Below, in pieces: positions 47,446-56,934 of a stretch of 64,000 nucleotides of DNA. Numbering within the stretch: the first letter of the stretch is position 1; each line of letters opens with the position of its first letter. The stretch comes from Candidatus Hydrogenedentota bacterium (lineage in GTDB: Bacteria > Hydrogenedentota > Hydrogenedentia > Hydrogenedentales > JAEUWI01). The position numbers and the translations under genes are program-made. The stretch covers positions 12,258 through 76,257 of the forward strand of contig JAXMOL010000037.1 in the NCBI GenBank assembly GCA_034669905.1, given 5' to 3'. Under the pieces are notes generated by a model that saw nothing but the letters and a program-made list of their open reading frames with translations, ran no database searches and was not told the origin of the DNA.

Positions 47446-47492
47446 GGTGCCACCCTCAAGCAGAGGAGCGCAGCGGGGGAACCTTGTGGGTG
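47446..47492. repeat. R2 hairpin repeat copy in a 380 bp gene-free spacer
   Basis: ggtgccaccctcaagcagaggagcgcagcgggggaaccttgtgggtg, near-identical to 20012..20058. Confidence 0.7.
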
Positions 47493-47652
47493 GGTTGAAC
47501 CCATGGCCCCTCTTGACAAGGTCAGGGGAGGGGGACAGCCCCGAATAGCCGGTATTCCGTACTGCTGCGGCGCGTATTGGTAAACCACGGGGTGTCACGG
47601 GCTACGGTGTCGACATCTATTCGGGGCAGTCCCCGGGGCAGTCCCCGTTCCG

Positions 47653-48726
47653 TTATTTCGTGTGCCCGAGAATGGCCTCTTCCTCAAAGCTGGCGAGCAT
47701 GACGGTCTTGCGCACATCCGTGGTGTAGACCACGTAGATGGTGCCGTCTTTCGCCTGGATGGCCATGGGGTAGGCATAGGTGTTCTTCATGTCCGTGCCG
47801 ATGTCCCGCTTGTGGGGCCACGTCTTGTCGTTATCCTCGGAGATGGCAATCGTCAGGGGATTGCGGTCGTTCATGTTGTCGTTGTAGGCCAGGAGCAGGT
47901 GGCCGTTCTGCAGCTTGATGAAGCTCACCGCCGCATTGGGGTTGGGGAACTGGGAGTCTTCGCCCTTGCTCCAGGTCATGCCGCCATCGTGGGATTCCGC
48001 GCGAATCATGTAGCGCGTCGTGCTGGGCTCGTAGTCACCCGCCACCCGGCAATAGGCAATCAGGTAGTCGTCCGTAATCTGCACCGGCTCGGGCTGGAGG
48101 TTACCGATCTTCGAGTAGATCCGCTTCGTCGGGGTCCAGGTCCGCGTCTTGGGATCGTGGACGAGGAAGAAGGACGCCGTTTCGGCGGTCATCTGTTCCC
48201 GATCGCTGCCGGCTTCATGGTAGACGGGGAGGAGATAGTTACCATTGTTCAAGACGATGGGACGTCCCCGGGCCATGGTACCCATTTCAAAATCGAGGAC
48301 CATGGAGTCGGACCAGGTCTTGGCACCGTCTTCGGAAATTTTGGCCTTGATGCGGGTTTCCGACCAGGTGTCGCCGTAGCGCTGCACGTAGAAAAGCCAG
48401 ACCAGGCCATCGGGGGCCTGCCACACGATGCCATTGCCTTCACCCCGGAAGGGCGTATCGGCCAGAAGTTGGGGGTCGGACCACGTTGTCTCGCCCTTCT
48501 TGCGACGGATGCCATAGACCTTGGATTCGTCTTCATATTCGCCGCCACCACCATAGTAGGTGATGAAGAGATCGCCGTTGTCGAGTTCGGTGATACAGGC
48601 GGGGTGCTTGTATTCACCCGGGTACTCGGTGCCGATGACCTTTTCGATTTTGACGTCATCGGCCGCATGGGTGGATAGGGCGCACAGGCTTAGCGCGAGG
48701 GCGGTGAGGAGGGGGGCAGGCCTCAT
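47653..48726 (-). CDS. Exported BNR-repeat beta-propeller protein (sialidase/GH33-like)
   Basis: Signal peptide. Three S-x-D-x-G-x-T-W Asp-box repeats (SEDGAKTW, SHDGGMTW, SEDNDKTW). Confidence 0.75.
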   Translation of the reverse strand: MRPAPLLTALALSLCALSTHAADDVKIEKVIGTEYPGEYKHPACITELDNGDLFITYYGGGGEYEDESKVYGIRRKKGETTWSDPQLLADTPFRGEGNGIVWQAPDGLVWLFYVQRYGDTWSETRIKAKISEDGAKTWSDSMVLDFEMGTMARGRPIVLNNGNYLLPVYHEAGSDREQMTAETASFFLVHDPKTRTWTPTKRIYSKIGNLQPEPVQITDDYLIAYCRVAGDYEPSTTRYMIRAESHDGGMTWSKGEDSQFPNPNAAVSFIKLQNGHLLLAYNDNMNDRNPLTIAISEDNDKTWPHKRDIGTDMKNTYAYPMAIQAKDGTIYVVYTTDVRKTVMLASFEEEAILGHTK

Positions 48727-48953
48727 GGGGATAATTCCTTTTCTAGTGTTAAGGTTAAAAACGATGAAACCTCATGATACGGTCTGAACTGGCGGGAGCG
48801 CAATGCAGGGAAATTGCTGAAAAGCAGCCGCGCGTGCGCAGCATCAAGATTATGGCGCCTCGACCCCTCGTCTTTCCGGCCGTTTAGGAGTAGGATAGAA
48901 GACAGGACGTGTTGTTGCGGCAGTCAAATGATAGACAATCCAAGGAGAAGATC

Positions 48954-49655
48954 ATGGATATCGCAGGACAGAAAGTATTGGTAACGGGCGGCAGTGCGGG
49001 CATTGGCAAGGCCACGGCGGCGGCCTTGGTGGCGGCGGGGTGTAAGGTGGTCATCAACGGCCGTAATGAAGAGAGCCTGAAGGCGGCGGCAGCGGAACTG
49101 GGTTGCGTGGGTATTGCAGGGGACGTGGGGGAGGAGGCCGACGCCAAACGCATTGTCTCTGAAACGGTGGACCAACTGGGCGGTATCGACGTGTTGGTGA
49201 ATAACGCGGGCTTTGGGCGTTTTGGCATGTTGGTCGAGCTGGAGGCCCACGATATGGAAACGGTGTGGCGGACCAATGTGCTGGGAGCCATGTTCATGGG
49301 ACGGGAAGTGGCCAAGCGATTGGTGGAGCAGTGTTCCGGCACGATTATTAATATTGCCTCCACGGCCGCAACCAAGGGATTCGCCGGGGGCACGGCTTAT
49401 GCCTCCTCCAAGTTTGCCCTTCGCGGCATGAGTGAATGCTGGCGGGAAGAACTGCGCCGTCACGATGTGCGGGTCGTGCTGATTAATCCGAGTGAGGTCA
49501 TCACCGAATTCGCTTCTCGTGCAGGACTGAATCAGGAAGCGTCGGAGAAGAAACTCCAGCCCGAAGAGATCGCCCATGCGGTCGTGTCCGCCATCGCAAT
49601 GGATCCGCGCGGATTTGTGTCGGAGCTGACGGTGATTGCGACGAATCCCTTTTAG
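48954..49655 (+). CDS. SDR-family short-chain dehydrogenase/reductase
   Basis: TGGSAGIG cofactor motif, NNAG, and the catalytic S..Y...K (YASSK). Confidence 0.85.
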   Translation: MDIAGQKVLVTGGSAGIGKATAAALVAAGCKVVINGRNEESLKAAAAELGCVGIAGDVGEEADAKRIVSETVDQLGGIDVLVNNAGFGRFGMLVELEAHDMETVWRTNVLGAMFMGREVAKRLVEQCSGTIINIASTAATKGFAGGTAYASSKFALRGMSECWREELRRHDVRVVLINPSEVITEFASRAGLNQEASEKKLQPEEIAHAVVSAIAMDPRGFVSELTVIATNPF

Positions 49656-49669
49656 GGGGTTGTTAAACC

Positions 49670-49699
49670 ACGAATGCACACGAATTTACACGAATAGTG
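49670..49699. promoter_or_regulatory. Three ACGAAT decamers in direct repeat at 10 bp phasing (ACGAATGCAC/ACGAATTTAC/ACGAATAGTG)
   Basis: Seen directly in the sequence. Immediately 5' of the atypical-GC hypothetical gene. Same architecture as 12106..12135. Confidence 0.35.
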
Positions 49700-49834
49700 T
49701 GTTACTCCGTTTTTTCAGGACAGCTAGTTGTCGTGTCTCGGAACCAAGCGCACGCCTATGATGGGCCACCGGCTCAGTGGCCCATTCGAAGAATGGAACG
49801 AGGTGGGGCATCCCCCGCTATACCTGGAGCGATG

Positions 49835-51529
49835 ATGAACATGCCTGCCAATTGGGTAAAAGGGTGGACGGTTGGGGCCTTCGCCCTTGTATTGGTTTTC
49901 GCGGGCTACGCCGATGAGGTGGAGCCCGCCGATAGTCCGCAGGAGTATGTCACCCAGGACCCCATCGGAAGCGCCTTCGTCCAACTCTTTGACAGCAGCG
50001 TGGCCGAAACCTCGCCGTACGGGCACCACGAGCTAATTGTCATTCCCATCGATATCAATCAAGATGGCCTTTTGGACGTTATGGTTTCTGCCAATTTCTA
50101 CCGCAACGGGAAGCAGGGGCAGATGTGGCGCGTTTTCTTTCGGGTTGATGAAGGCTACGTTAGCTTGGATGGTGAGTTGTTCAGGAAAAACGGCACTTAC
50201 AAGGGTATGGGGCTAATTCAATTTTATTACGAAACTGTGCGCGTGCGACCAGACCCGGACAGTCGTTCCACTTCCTTCTATGCGGTGGGCAATGGCGGTG
50301 GCGGATTGGGTCTTCTGGAAGGTACGCGAATCTGGAAATCGGGCATGGAGCAGCAAGCCATTGCCTTACTGGAACGGCAAGACGAGGAAGATGATGCCCG
50401 AATTGCATCATTGGGGGACCGATTCAACGGCCTCGAATCCCAGGTCTATTTCGTGGACTTCGGCCCCCTCCAGGCGCGTTACGCGGCCCAGCTGCATCGT
50501 AAGCCCAAGAAGGGGATGGATGAATCGTTCCGTAACCGCCACCACGCCTTTTATGGAGACCGGTATCTAAAAACGGTGGACGAGGCCTACGCCTTGCTCG
50601 ATGGGAAATCGGCGGATTTGTCGGATGGGCACGCTGATTCGGCAAGGCAAGCGTCCATCTTTGACGATGCCGACGCGGCTCTTGCGCACTATTTGAAAGA
50701 CGATCAGGGGAATTGGCGACCGGTGCCCGTGGAACCCCTTCTTGGAAGGTTTGATGAGGAAGAACTTGCGGCACGTCTTTACACTCGGATGGAGCACGCC
50801 GAGAGGAACGAGCAGTCCGCCGTAGCAAGCACACTCGCAGCAATCGCAGCGAACAGCACCGACCCTGCCATTCGGCAGCGATTTGTGGAGCGGGCGCTGT
50901 CCGCTGGATGGGGTGGGTATGACGACACAACGACATGGGCGTTGATCAGGCCATTCAAGAATAGCGATTTCAATGACGCGTCCAAGGCCCACGTGCTGCG
51001 TATTTTGGAAGCATCAAAATCCGAAACCCACCCCTATGTCATCGGACGCGGTGTGGCGCGATGGGTTGGGCTTCTGGGGCTTGAAGAGGCTATCCCGACT
51101 CTCCGGGAGATAAACGCGGTGCAGCGGGGAATCGAACACAGACGTTGGAACCCGCTATTTCAGCGCACGGCCCTGATCGCTCTCGGTCGGCTGGGTGACC
51201 CCGAGGCCGTTCGAGAGATGATCGCATGCGTCGAGGAAATGGATACGCCCCGGTATCGGGCACTTTCTCTCCAGCGCCTGGCCCTGCTGCGCACGCCCGA
51301 GACAGTCGCCTACCTGAAGGGGTATTTGTTCAGTGATGGGACGTTTGACGAAATGGGTACGAGTTGGCTACCGGTCAGCGAGGCCCAGTGTGCCGCCGAT
51401 ACGCTTGCGGCGATCCTGGAGGGATTTCCCGAGGAGGGGCTGGATGCACAGCGGCAGTGGATGGAGGCCCAGACGGAATTCGTGTTTAAACCGAAGGGCA
51501 GCGAAGGGGCTTTCGTGGGGATTCATTGA
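49835..51529 (+). CDS. Hypothetical membrane-anchored protein with a C-terminal HEAT/PBS-lyase-like repeat region; compositionally atypical (AT-rich 5' half)
   Basis: N-terminal TM segment after the ATG at 49835. Repeats such as ALIALGRLGDPEAVREMI. Local GC is ~40-50% in the first 600 bp against a ~65% background. Confidence 0.5.
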   Translation: MNMPANWVKGWTVGAFALVLVFAGYADEVEPADSPQEYVTQDPIGSAFVQLFDSSVAETSPYGHHELIVIPIDINQDGLLDVMVSANFYRNGKQGQMWRVFFRVDEGYVSLDGELFRKNGTYKGMGLIQFYYETVRVRPDPDSRSTSFYAVGNGGGGLGLLEGTRIWKSGMEQQAIALLERQDEEDDARIASLGDRFNGLESQVYFVDFGPLQARYAAQLHRKPKKGMDESFRNRHHAFYGDRYLKTVDEAYALLDGKSADLSDGHADSARQASIFDDADAALAHYLKDDQGNWRPVPVEPLLGRFDEEELAARLYTRMEHAERNEQSAVASTLAAIAANSTDPAIRQRFVERALSAGWGGYDDTTTWALIRPFKNSDFNDASKAHVLRILEASKSETHPYVIGRGVARWVGLLGLEEAIPTLREINAVQRGIEHRRWNPLFQRTALIALGRLGDPEAVREMIACVEEMDTPRYRALSLQRLALLRTPETVAYLKGYLFSDGTFDEMGTSWLPVSEAQCAADTLAAILEGFPEEGLDAQRQWMEAQTEFVFKPKGSEGAFVGIH

Positions 51530-51581
51530 CGTTGTTGGCGGGAAAATCAGCGCTCCTGAAGGGCGCGGGTGCGTGTTTTGT

Positions 51582-51625
51582 CACCCACAAGCTCCGTCGT
51601 TCCTCCTCCGCTTGAGGGTGGCACC
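51582..51625. repeat. R2 hairpin repeat copy (reverse orientation) between convergent genes
   Basis: The reverse complement reads ggtgccaccctcaagcggaggagg...ttgtgggtg. Confidence 0.6.
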
Positions 51626-51676
51626 CGGAAATATGGGGATTGAATCCAAAGCAGCCCCCGGCAGTCCCCGGGCCGC

Positions 51677-53449
51677 TCAGGCCAGGTCTTCCAGCTGCAC
51701 GGCACCGAATTGTTCTTCGCAGAGGGCGCGGTAGGGGCCGTCTTCGTTGATGAGGGCGTCGTGGGTGCCTTCTTGCACAATCCGGCCTTCTTCGATGACC
51801 ACCACGCGGTCACAGTCCACAATCGTCGCCAGGCGGTGGGCGATGACGAGGGTGGTGCGGCCCTTCATGAGGTGGTCGAGGGCATCCTGGATAATGTTCT
51901 CGGCGTGGGAATCGAGGCTCGACGTGGCTTCATCAAGAATGAGGATGGCCGGGTCGCGGAGGAAGGCGCGGGCGATGCTCAGCCGCTGCTTCTGTCCGCC
52001 ACTCAGGGTGACGCCCCTTTCGCCGATGACCGTGTCGTAGCCTTCGGGCAGTTCGTTGACGAATTCATCCACATGGGCCATGCGGGCCGCTTCGAGCATG
52101 TCTTCTTCCGTCGCACCACGACGACCGTAGAGGATGTTCTCCCGGATGGAGCCGCCGAAGAGGATGGCGTCCTGCATGACCATGCCAATTTTTTCCCGGA
52201 GGGAGTGGAGGGTTACCCCGCGGATGTCTTGTCCGTCAATGAGGATAGCACCACGGTTCACGTCGTAGAAGCGGGGGACCAGTTTTACCAGGGTGCTCTT
52301 GCCACCACCACTACGGCCTACGATGGCCACGGCCTGTCCGGGCTCCACATCGAGGGTGACGCCGTCGATGACGGGTTGGTCGTCGAGGTAGGAAAAGTGC
52401 ACGTCTTCGAAACGGATGCGGCCTTCGCTCAGGGTCAGGGGCCGGGCGTCGGGTGCGTTGTCGATATCGGGTGCCACATCGAGGATGTCGAAGACCCGGT
52501 CCATGCCCGCAAGCTGCATCTGCACGGCGGCGGAGGCATCGGCGAGGCGACGGGTGGGCAGGTAGAGGTGGGAGAGGATACCGCTGAAGGCCACCAACTC
52601 GCCGGGGTCGAGGTCCCCTTTTACCACGAGGTAGGTGCCGAAGCAGATGACCACGATGGGCCCGATCATGGTGAAGAATTCGCCAAACTGGAACATGGAT
52701 ACGTGGATGCGGACCCGCTGCATGATTTCGTCGAAGTAGCGGCGGTGCTCGGCGAAGAAGCGGAGTCGTTCGGAGCGTTCGCGGACGAAGGCGATGACCA
52801 CGCTTTGTCCGGAGAGTTTTTCGTTAATCTCGCCGGAAAGTTCGGACATCTGCTTCTGCACCCGCTGGGATGCCACGCGCAGCCGGGGATTGAGGACGCC
52901 GAAGACGATGGCATACATGGGCAGGGTCAGGAGACTGACGGCCGCGAGTTTCCAGTTCCAGAAGAGAAAGAGCCAGGTGACCACGCCCACGAGAAAGATG
53001 AGGTCGACGGCCACGGACATGACGCCCCGGTCGAGGATACCCTGGGCGGTGTTGATGTCGTTGGTCAGCCGCGAGGTGGTGGTGCCGGTGCGTTGATTGG
53101 CGTGGTAACTCAGGCTGAGGCGTTGCACGTGGGCGTAGAGGGCGTTGCGGATGTCGAAGATGGTCCGGTTGCCCGCCAGTTCGGCCCAGTACGAGCGGTA
53201 GTAGGAAATGGGAATGCGCCCGATGAACACGACGAGGAGCACGCCCACCACCTGAAAGAGGCGGGTCATCTTTTCGTCATCGGGGATTTCCGCCAGGATA
53301 ACGTGATCGATCACGTAGCCGAGGGAAAGGGGGATGAGGAGGGCGAGGGAGAACTTCAGGACGCCGGTCACGACGGAACCCAGAATATAGGGCCAATAGG
53401 GACGGGCGTAGCGAAGGAATCGCCAGAATGTTGCGGAGCCGAACTTCAT
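51677..53449 (-). CDS. ABC exporter, fused permease-ATPase (MsbA/lipid-A-exporter-like)
   Basis: Six-TM N-terminal domain, Walker A GRSGGGKST, signature LSGGQKQRLSIARA, and Walker B ILILDEATS. Confidence 0.9.
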   Translation of the reverse strand: MKFGSATFWRFLRYARPYWPYILGSVVTGVLKFSLALLIPLSLGYVIDHVILAEIPDDEKMTRLFQVVGVLLVVFIGRIPISYYRSYWAELAGNRTIFDIRNALYAHVQRLSLSYHANQRTGTTTSRLTNDINTAQGILDRGVMSVAVDLIFLVGVVTWLFLFWNWKLAAVSLLTLPMYAIVFGVLNPRLRVASQRVQKQMSELSGEINEKLSGQSVVIAFVRERSERLRFFAEHRRYFDEIMQRVRIHVSMFQFGEFFTMIGPIVVICFGTYLVVKGDLDPGELVAFSGILSHLYLPTRRLADASAAVQMQLAGMDRVFDILDVAPDIDNAPDARPLTLSEGRIRFEDVHFSYLDDQPVIDGVTLDVEPGQAVAIVGRSGGGKSTLVKLVPRFYDVNRGAILIDGQDIRGVTLHSLREKIGMVMQDAILFGGSIRENILYGRRGATEEDMLEAARMAHVDEFVNELPEGYDTVIGERGVTLSGGQKQRLSIARAFLRDPAILILDEATSSLDSHAENIIQDALDHLMKGRTTLVIAHRLATIVDCDRVVVIEEGRIVQEGTHDALINEDGPYRALCEEQFGAVQLEDLA

Positions 53450-53591
53450 AGGGGCGCAAGTATAGCATGTTGTATGGGGGTGGATCAGGTGACGGAGGCA
53501 CTTTTTGCGTCGAAGTCGTAGTTAAATGGTTACGGATTGTCCGGCACATCGTGTGCTTCACCCATCAGGTAGACCTGCTTGGGATATTTTT

Positions 53592-53702
53592 CGTGCCGCG
53601 CGATCCGGTACTCCGGTTCGTGCGATTGCGGTGACTGCGATAACTTACGCACGAACCCGTCAGGATCCGTTGATACTCACCTTTTGGGGATCGCGCGGCA
53701 CG
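53592..53702. repeat. R1 palindromic MITE-like element, copy 3
   Basis: cgtgccgcgcgatcc...cgcacgaacccgtcaggatccgttgatactcaccttttggggatcgcgcggcacg. Confidence 0.85.
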
Positions 53703-53787
53703 ATTGATTCTTGTTGATTTGACCGGTTGATACCGGATAGTTGTATTTCGAATCTCTCCCGGACTGTTCCGGGGCCCTGCGGGGAAA

Positions 53788-54378
53788 CTACATGGCTTCG
53801 TCGCGGAGCAGACCATACATGAGGCCGTCGGTGTATTCGCCGTTTTTACAGAATCGCTCCCGAAGGCAGCCTTCCAGTTGGAAACCGGCTTTTTCTAGGA
53901 CGCGCCCTGAGCCGGGGTTCCAGCCGTAGTGCCACGACTCGAGGCGGTGGCAGTCGGTGGCGGTAAAGGCATAGGGCACAAAGGCACGGAGGACTTCGGT
54001 CATATAGCCCTGGCCCCAATAGGATTCGGACAGCCAATAACCCACGGCGGGGGTCCGGGAGAGTACATCATCGCGCGCGACGACCCCAATCCCGCCCACG
54101 ACCTCCCCGTCGATTTCGATGGCGAATTCCGTGCAGGGGCCTTCATCGGCGGCACGGGCCTTCAGCCAGCCATCGGCATCAGCTTCCGTGTAGGGCGACG
54201 GAAACACATCGGAGAGGTTCTGGGCGACTTTGGGGTTGTCCGCATGGCGCAACAGGTCGGTCTTGTCTTCCGGGCGCCAGGGGCGCAATCGGCATCGGGG
54301 TGTTTCGATTTCCACGGTCTTGTTCCTTTGGTGGTGGGTTGGTGGTGAAAACACTATACCCTTTTGCGGTCCATGCAT
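53788..54378 (-). CDS. GNAT-family N-acetyltransferase (RimJ/RimL-like)
   Basis: Acetyl-CoA binding motif A region (VGYWLSESYWGQGYMTE..) and typical GNAT length. Confidence 0.8.
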   Translation of the reverse strand: MHGPQKGIVFSPPTHHQRNKTVEIETPRCRLRPWRPEDKTDLLRHADNPKVAQNLSDVFPSPYTEADADGWLKARAADEGPCTEFAIEIDGEVVGGIGVVARDDVLSRTPAVGYWLSESYWGQGYMTEVLRAFVPYAFTATDCHRLESWHYGWNPGSGRVLEKAGFQLEGCLRERFCKNGEYTDGLMYGLLRDEAM

Positions 54379-54439
54379 ACTGGAGAGAATGGTGAATTGA
54401 GAATAGTGAATGGAGAATTGTGAACTTCGTCGCAGGCGA

Positions 54440-54660
54440 ATCGTTGGAAATGGGCGCTTTGGCGTGCGGCAGCTTGCGGTCGCTTATCTCTGGGGAGCTT
54501 GCTCCCCGCCCTTGCGTGGGGATGGGGAGACACCGCTGCTTTTCCGGGATCGCGTTGTTGGCCCGCGATTGTGGAGGTTTCGCCGCAAGCAAGCTTGCTT
54601 CACGAAAGCGTAAGCAAGCTTACGCACTCCAGCGGGTGGGCCTTTCCAGCTCACTTGAAC
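54440..54660. repeat. Repeat family R6, copy 1 (palindromes GGGGAGCTTGCTCCCC, GCAAGCAAGCTTGCTTC, GCGTAAGCAAGCTTACGC)
   Basis: Shares the central palindromic block, in inverted orientation, with 61170..61215, and the GGGGAGCAAGCTCCCC motif with 61088 and 61283. Confidence 0.75.
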
Positions 54661-54744
54661 GCCATTCGGTGGGGTGCCACAATGCGTGTTTGACCGTTAC
54701 ACCGTGGCCGGCCGTGCGTGCGGGCCCATAGATTGAGGATGTGA

Positions 54745-55575
54745 ATGCTACGCGCTTTATTCAAATGGCCTGTGATTCTAGGGCGAATTGGCCGTGAAGT
54801 GGCCGGACGTCTCCGTAATCATGGTCTCCACTCGGCATGGATCTGCCTGAAGACCCACGCCATCAACGGTAGCCTGCGCATTCGCCACCGCCTGGGGGCG
54901 TCCCACGCGGTGTGTTGCCCCTGTTGCGGATGGGAGGGACCCGATTTTCGCTCCCTGGATTGCGGGCAGTTCATCGTGCCCCACGCCGAGTGTCCCCACT
55001 GCGGTGGACACGAGCGCCACCGCCTGCTCCATCTCTTTTTGACCCGCCGACCCCCTGCGTTTATGTCGGCGCCGGGGCGTATTCTGCACTTTGCGCCCGA
55101 GCAGAGCGTCCGGGCCTTTATCGATGCCAATCCGGCGGCCCGGTGTTTTTCCACCGACTACGCCAAGGGGATTTACGAAGAAATACTTTCGGGCGTGCCC
55201 AAGCCGGTTTTTATCTCCGACCTGCACCATATGCCCCTGGTGGAAAGCTGCATCGACGGGAGTTTCTGTCTCCATGTGCTCGAGCATGTGGCCGATGACC
55301 GGGAGGCCATTCGCAATCTCTACCGCATCACCGCACCCGGTGGCGAAGCGGTGATCATGGTGCCCTTTATGATGGACCAGACCGAGACGGAAGAGTACGA
55401 CGCCCCCGACCCCGAGTTGTTTGATCACGTGCGGGGCTATTCCCCCGTGGATTTTAAAGAGCGCCTGGCCCCCTTCGACTATGAAGAGGTGATGCCCAGC
55501 ACCTTTCTGTCGGAAGAAGAGGTGACACGATTTCGGTTGCCGCCGAGCCAGGTAATTTATCTGTGCCGAAAATAG
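54745..55575 (+). CDS. Class I SAM-dependent methyltransferase with an N-terminal Cys4 zinc ribbon
   Basis: CCPCCGW..x20..CPHCGG ribbon. Methyltransf_11-like region (LHFAPEQ.., LVESCIDGSFCLHVLEHV, APGGEAVIMVP). The true start is uncertain. Confidence 0.65.
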   Translation: MLRALFKWPVILGRIGREVAGRLRNHGLHSAWICLKTHAINGSLRIRHRLGASHAVCCPCCGWEGPDFRSLDCGQFIVPHAECPHCGGHERHRLLHLFLTRRPPAFMSAPGRILHFAPEQSVRAFIDANPAARCFSTDYAKGIYEEILSGVPKPVFISDLHHMPLVESCIDGSFCLHVLEHVADDREAIRNLYRITAPGGEAVIMVPFMMDQTETEEYDAPDPELFDHVRGYSPVDFKERLAPFDYEEVMPSTFLSEEEVTRFRLPPSQVIYLCRK

Positions 55576-55586
55576 AGGAGAATATC

Positions 55587-56843
55587 ATGTTGTTACGGAT
55601 TGCGTTGGCTTGTCTTGGCTTGGGTGTGGTGTCCGCCATGGCCGCCCCTTTTCCCCCCTTCGAGGAACTGCCCGAACGCCCCGAGTTGCCCGCCCCCTTA
55701 ATGATGCTCAACGGCGATCCGGTGAAGACCCCGGAAGACTGGATGACGAAACGACGTCCCGAATTGAAGGCCCTCTTTGAGCATTATGTCTATGGTGTGG
55801 CCCCGGCCGAGGCCGAGATAGTGGTCTCAGAGACCGCACCCGAGCAGTCGGTCTTGGGTGGCAAAGGCCGCTTGAAGCAGGTCACCATCGGCTTCAAAAA
55901 TCTCCCCGGAGCCGACGCGCCGCGCATCCGCCTGGCCCTCTTTCTGCCTGCCGATGCGAAAGGCCCCGTACCTGTCTTTCTGGGACTCAACAAGTGCGGC
56001 AACTACACCGTGACCGACGACCCGGCTGTCCTTCACAACGACGAGACGTGGTGCCATGAGGCTTGTCCAAAGACCGTTGCCGAGGGTCGGGGAATGAAAA
56101 AGGATTTCTGGTGCGTGCCCTATCTGCTGGAGCGGGGCTATGCCTTTGCCACCTACCATGAGAGTGACATCGACCCCGATAAACATGATTTTAGCGACGG
56201 CATCCATGGGGCCTACCCGCCTACGGCAGGGCCTGCGCACCGTTGGGGCACCCTCGCCGCGTGGTCGTGGGGGCTCCGTCGCTGTATCGATTATCTGGTG
56301 ACGGACCCCGCCATTGATGCGAAGGGCGTGTGTGTCATTGGTCACTCGCGCCGGGGTAAGGCGGCCCTGTTGACGGCGGCCTTCGATGAGCGGGTGGCCC
56401 TCGTGGTGCCCCATCAGTCGGGCACGGGCGGTATGGCCCTCAGCCGGAACAACGACCAGGAAACGACCGAGCGCATCAACCGCGTGTTCCCCCATTGGTT
56501 CTGTGATGCCTTTACCTGGTTCGACCACCAGGAGAATCGCCTGCCCGTGGACCAGCATTTACTGGCCGCCATGGTGGCACCACGTCTGCTCTTTGAGACC
56601 GTGGGCCTGCAAGACACGTGGGCCAATTATGAAAGCTCGTTGAAGACCCTGCAGGCGGCGGACCCGGTGTTTAAATTTCTCGGTGCGCCGGGCTTGAAGG
56701 GCGACGGCATGCTCGAGGGTCCCGTTGCCTTGGGCCCCGAGACGGTGGGCAGCGTGGCCCAGTTCCGCTTGGACACGAAGCACACCTTGACGCAGGACTA
56801 TTGGCAGGGGATACTGGACTTCGCGGATTTGAAGCTTCCGTAG
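55587..56843 (+). CDS. Glucuronoyl esterase (carbohydrate esterase family 15-like), exported
   Basis: Signal peptide. Nucleophile motif VIGHSRRGKAAL matching the CE15 G-C/H-S-R-x-G consensus. About 400 aa mature length. Confidence 0.7.
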   Translation: MLLRIALACLGLGVVSAMAAPFPPFEELPERPELPAPLMMLNGDPVKTPEDWMTKRRPELKALFEHYVYGVAPAEAEIVVSETAPEQSVLGGKGRLKQVTIGFKNLPGADAPRIRLALFLPADAKGPVPVFLGLNKCGNYTVTDDPAVLHNDETWCHEACPKTVAEGRGMKKDFWCVPYLLERGYAFATYHESDIDPDKHDFSDGIHGAYPPTAGPAHRWGTLAAWSWGLRRCIDYLVTDPAIDAKGVCVIGHSRRGKAALLTAAFDERVALVVPHQSGTGGMALSRNNDQETTERINRVFPHWFCDAFTWFDHQENRLPVDQHLLAAMVAPRLLFETVGLQDTWANYESSLKTLQAADPVFKFLGAPGLKGDGMLEGPVALGPETVGSVAQFRLDTKHTLTQDYWQGILDFADLKLP

Positions 56844-56934
56844 GGGATTGTGAACAGGTTGCCCCAGGCTGAAGCACCGGCTCTGCCGATTCGGCGCTCG
56901 TTGTTGGTATTCATGCACGCAGCATACTTTCAGT

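Noticed and set aside
47440-47600. Possible SRP RNA/4.5S-like motif (…GGUCAGG…GGACAGCC…) in the spacer after galM
   Set aside because: Only a loose match to the domain IV consensus. The region instead belongs to the dispersed R2 repeat, which recurs at 20012, 51582 and 1430, so it is unlikely to be a single-copy SRP RNA.
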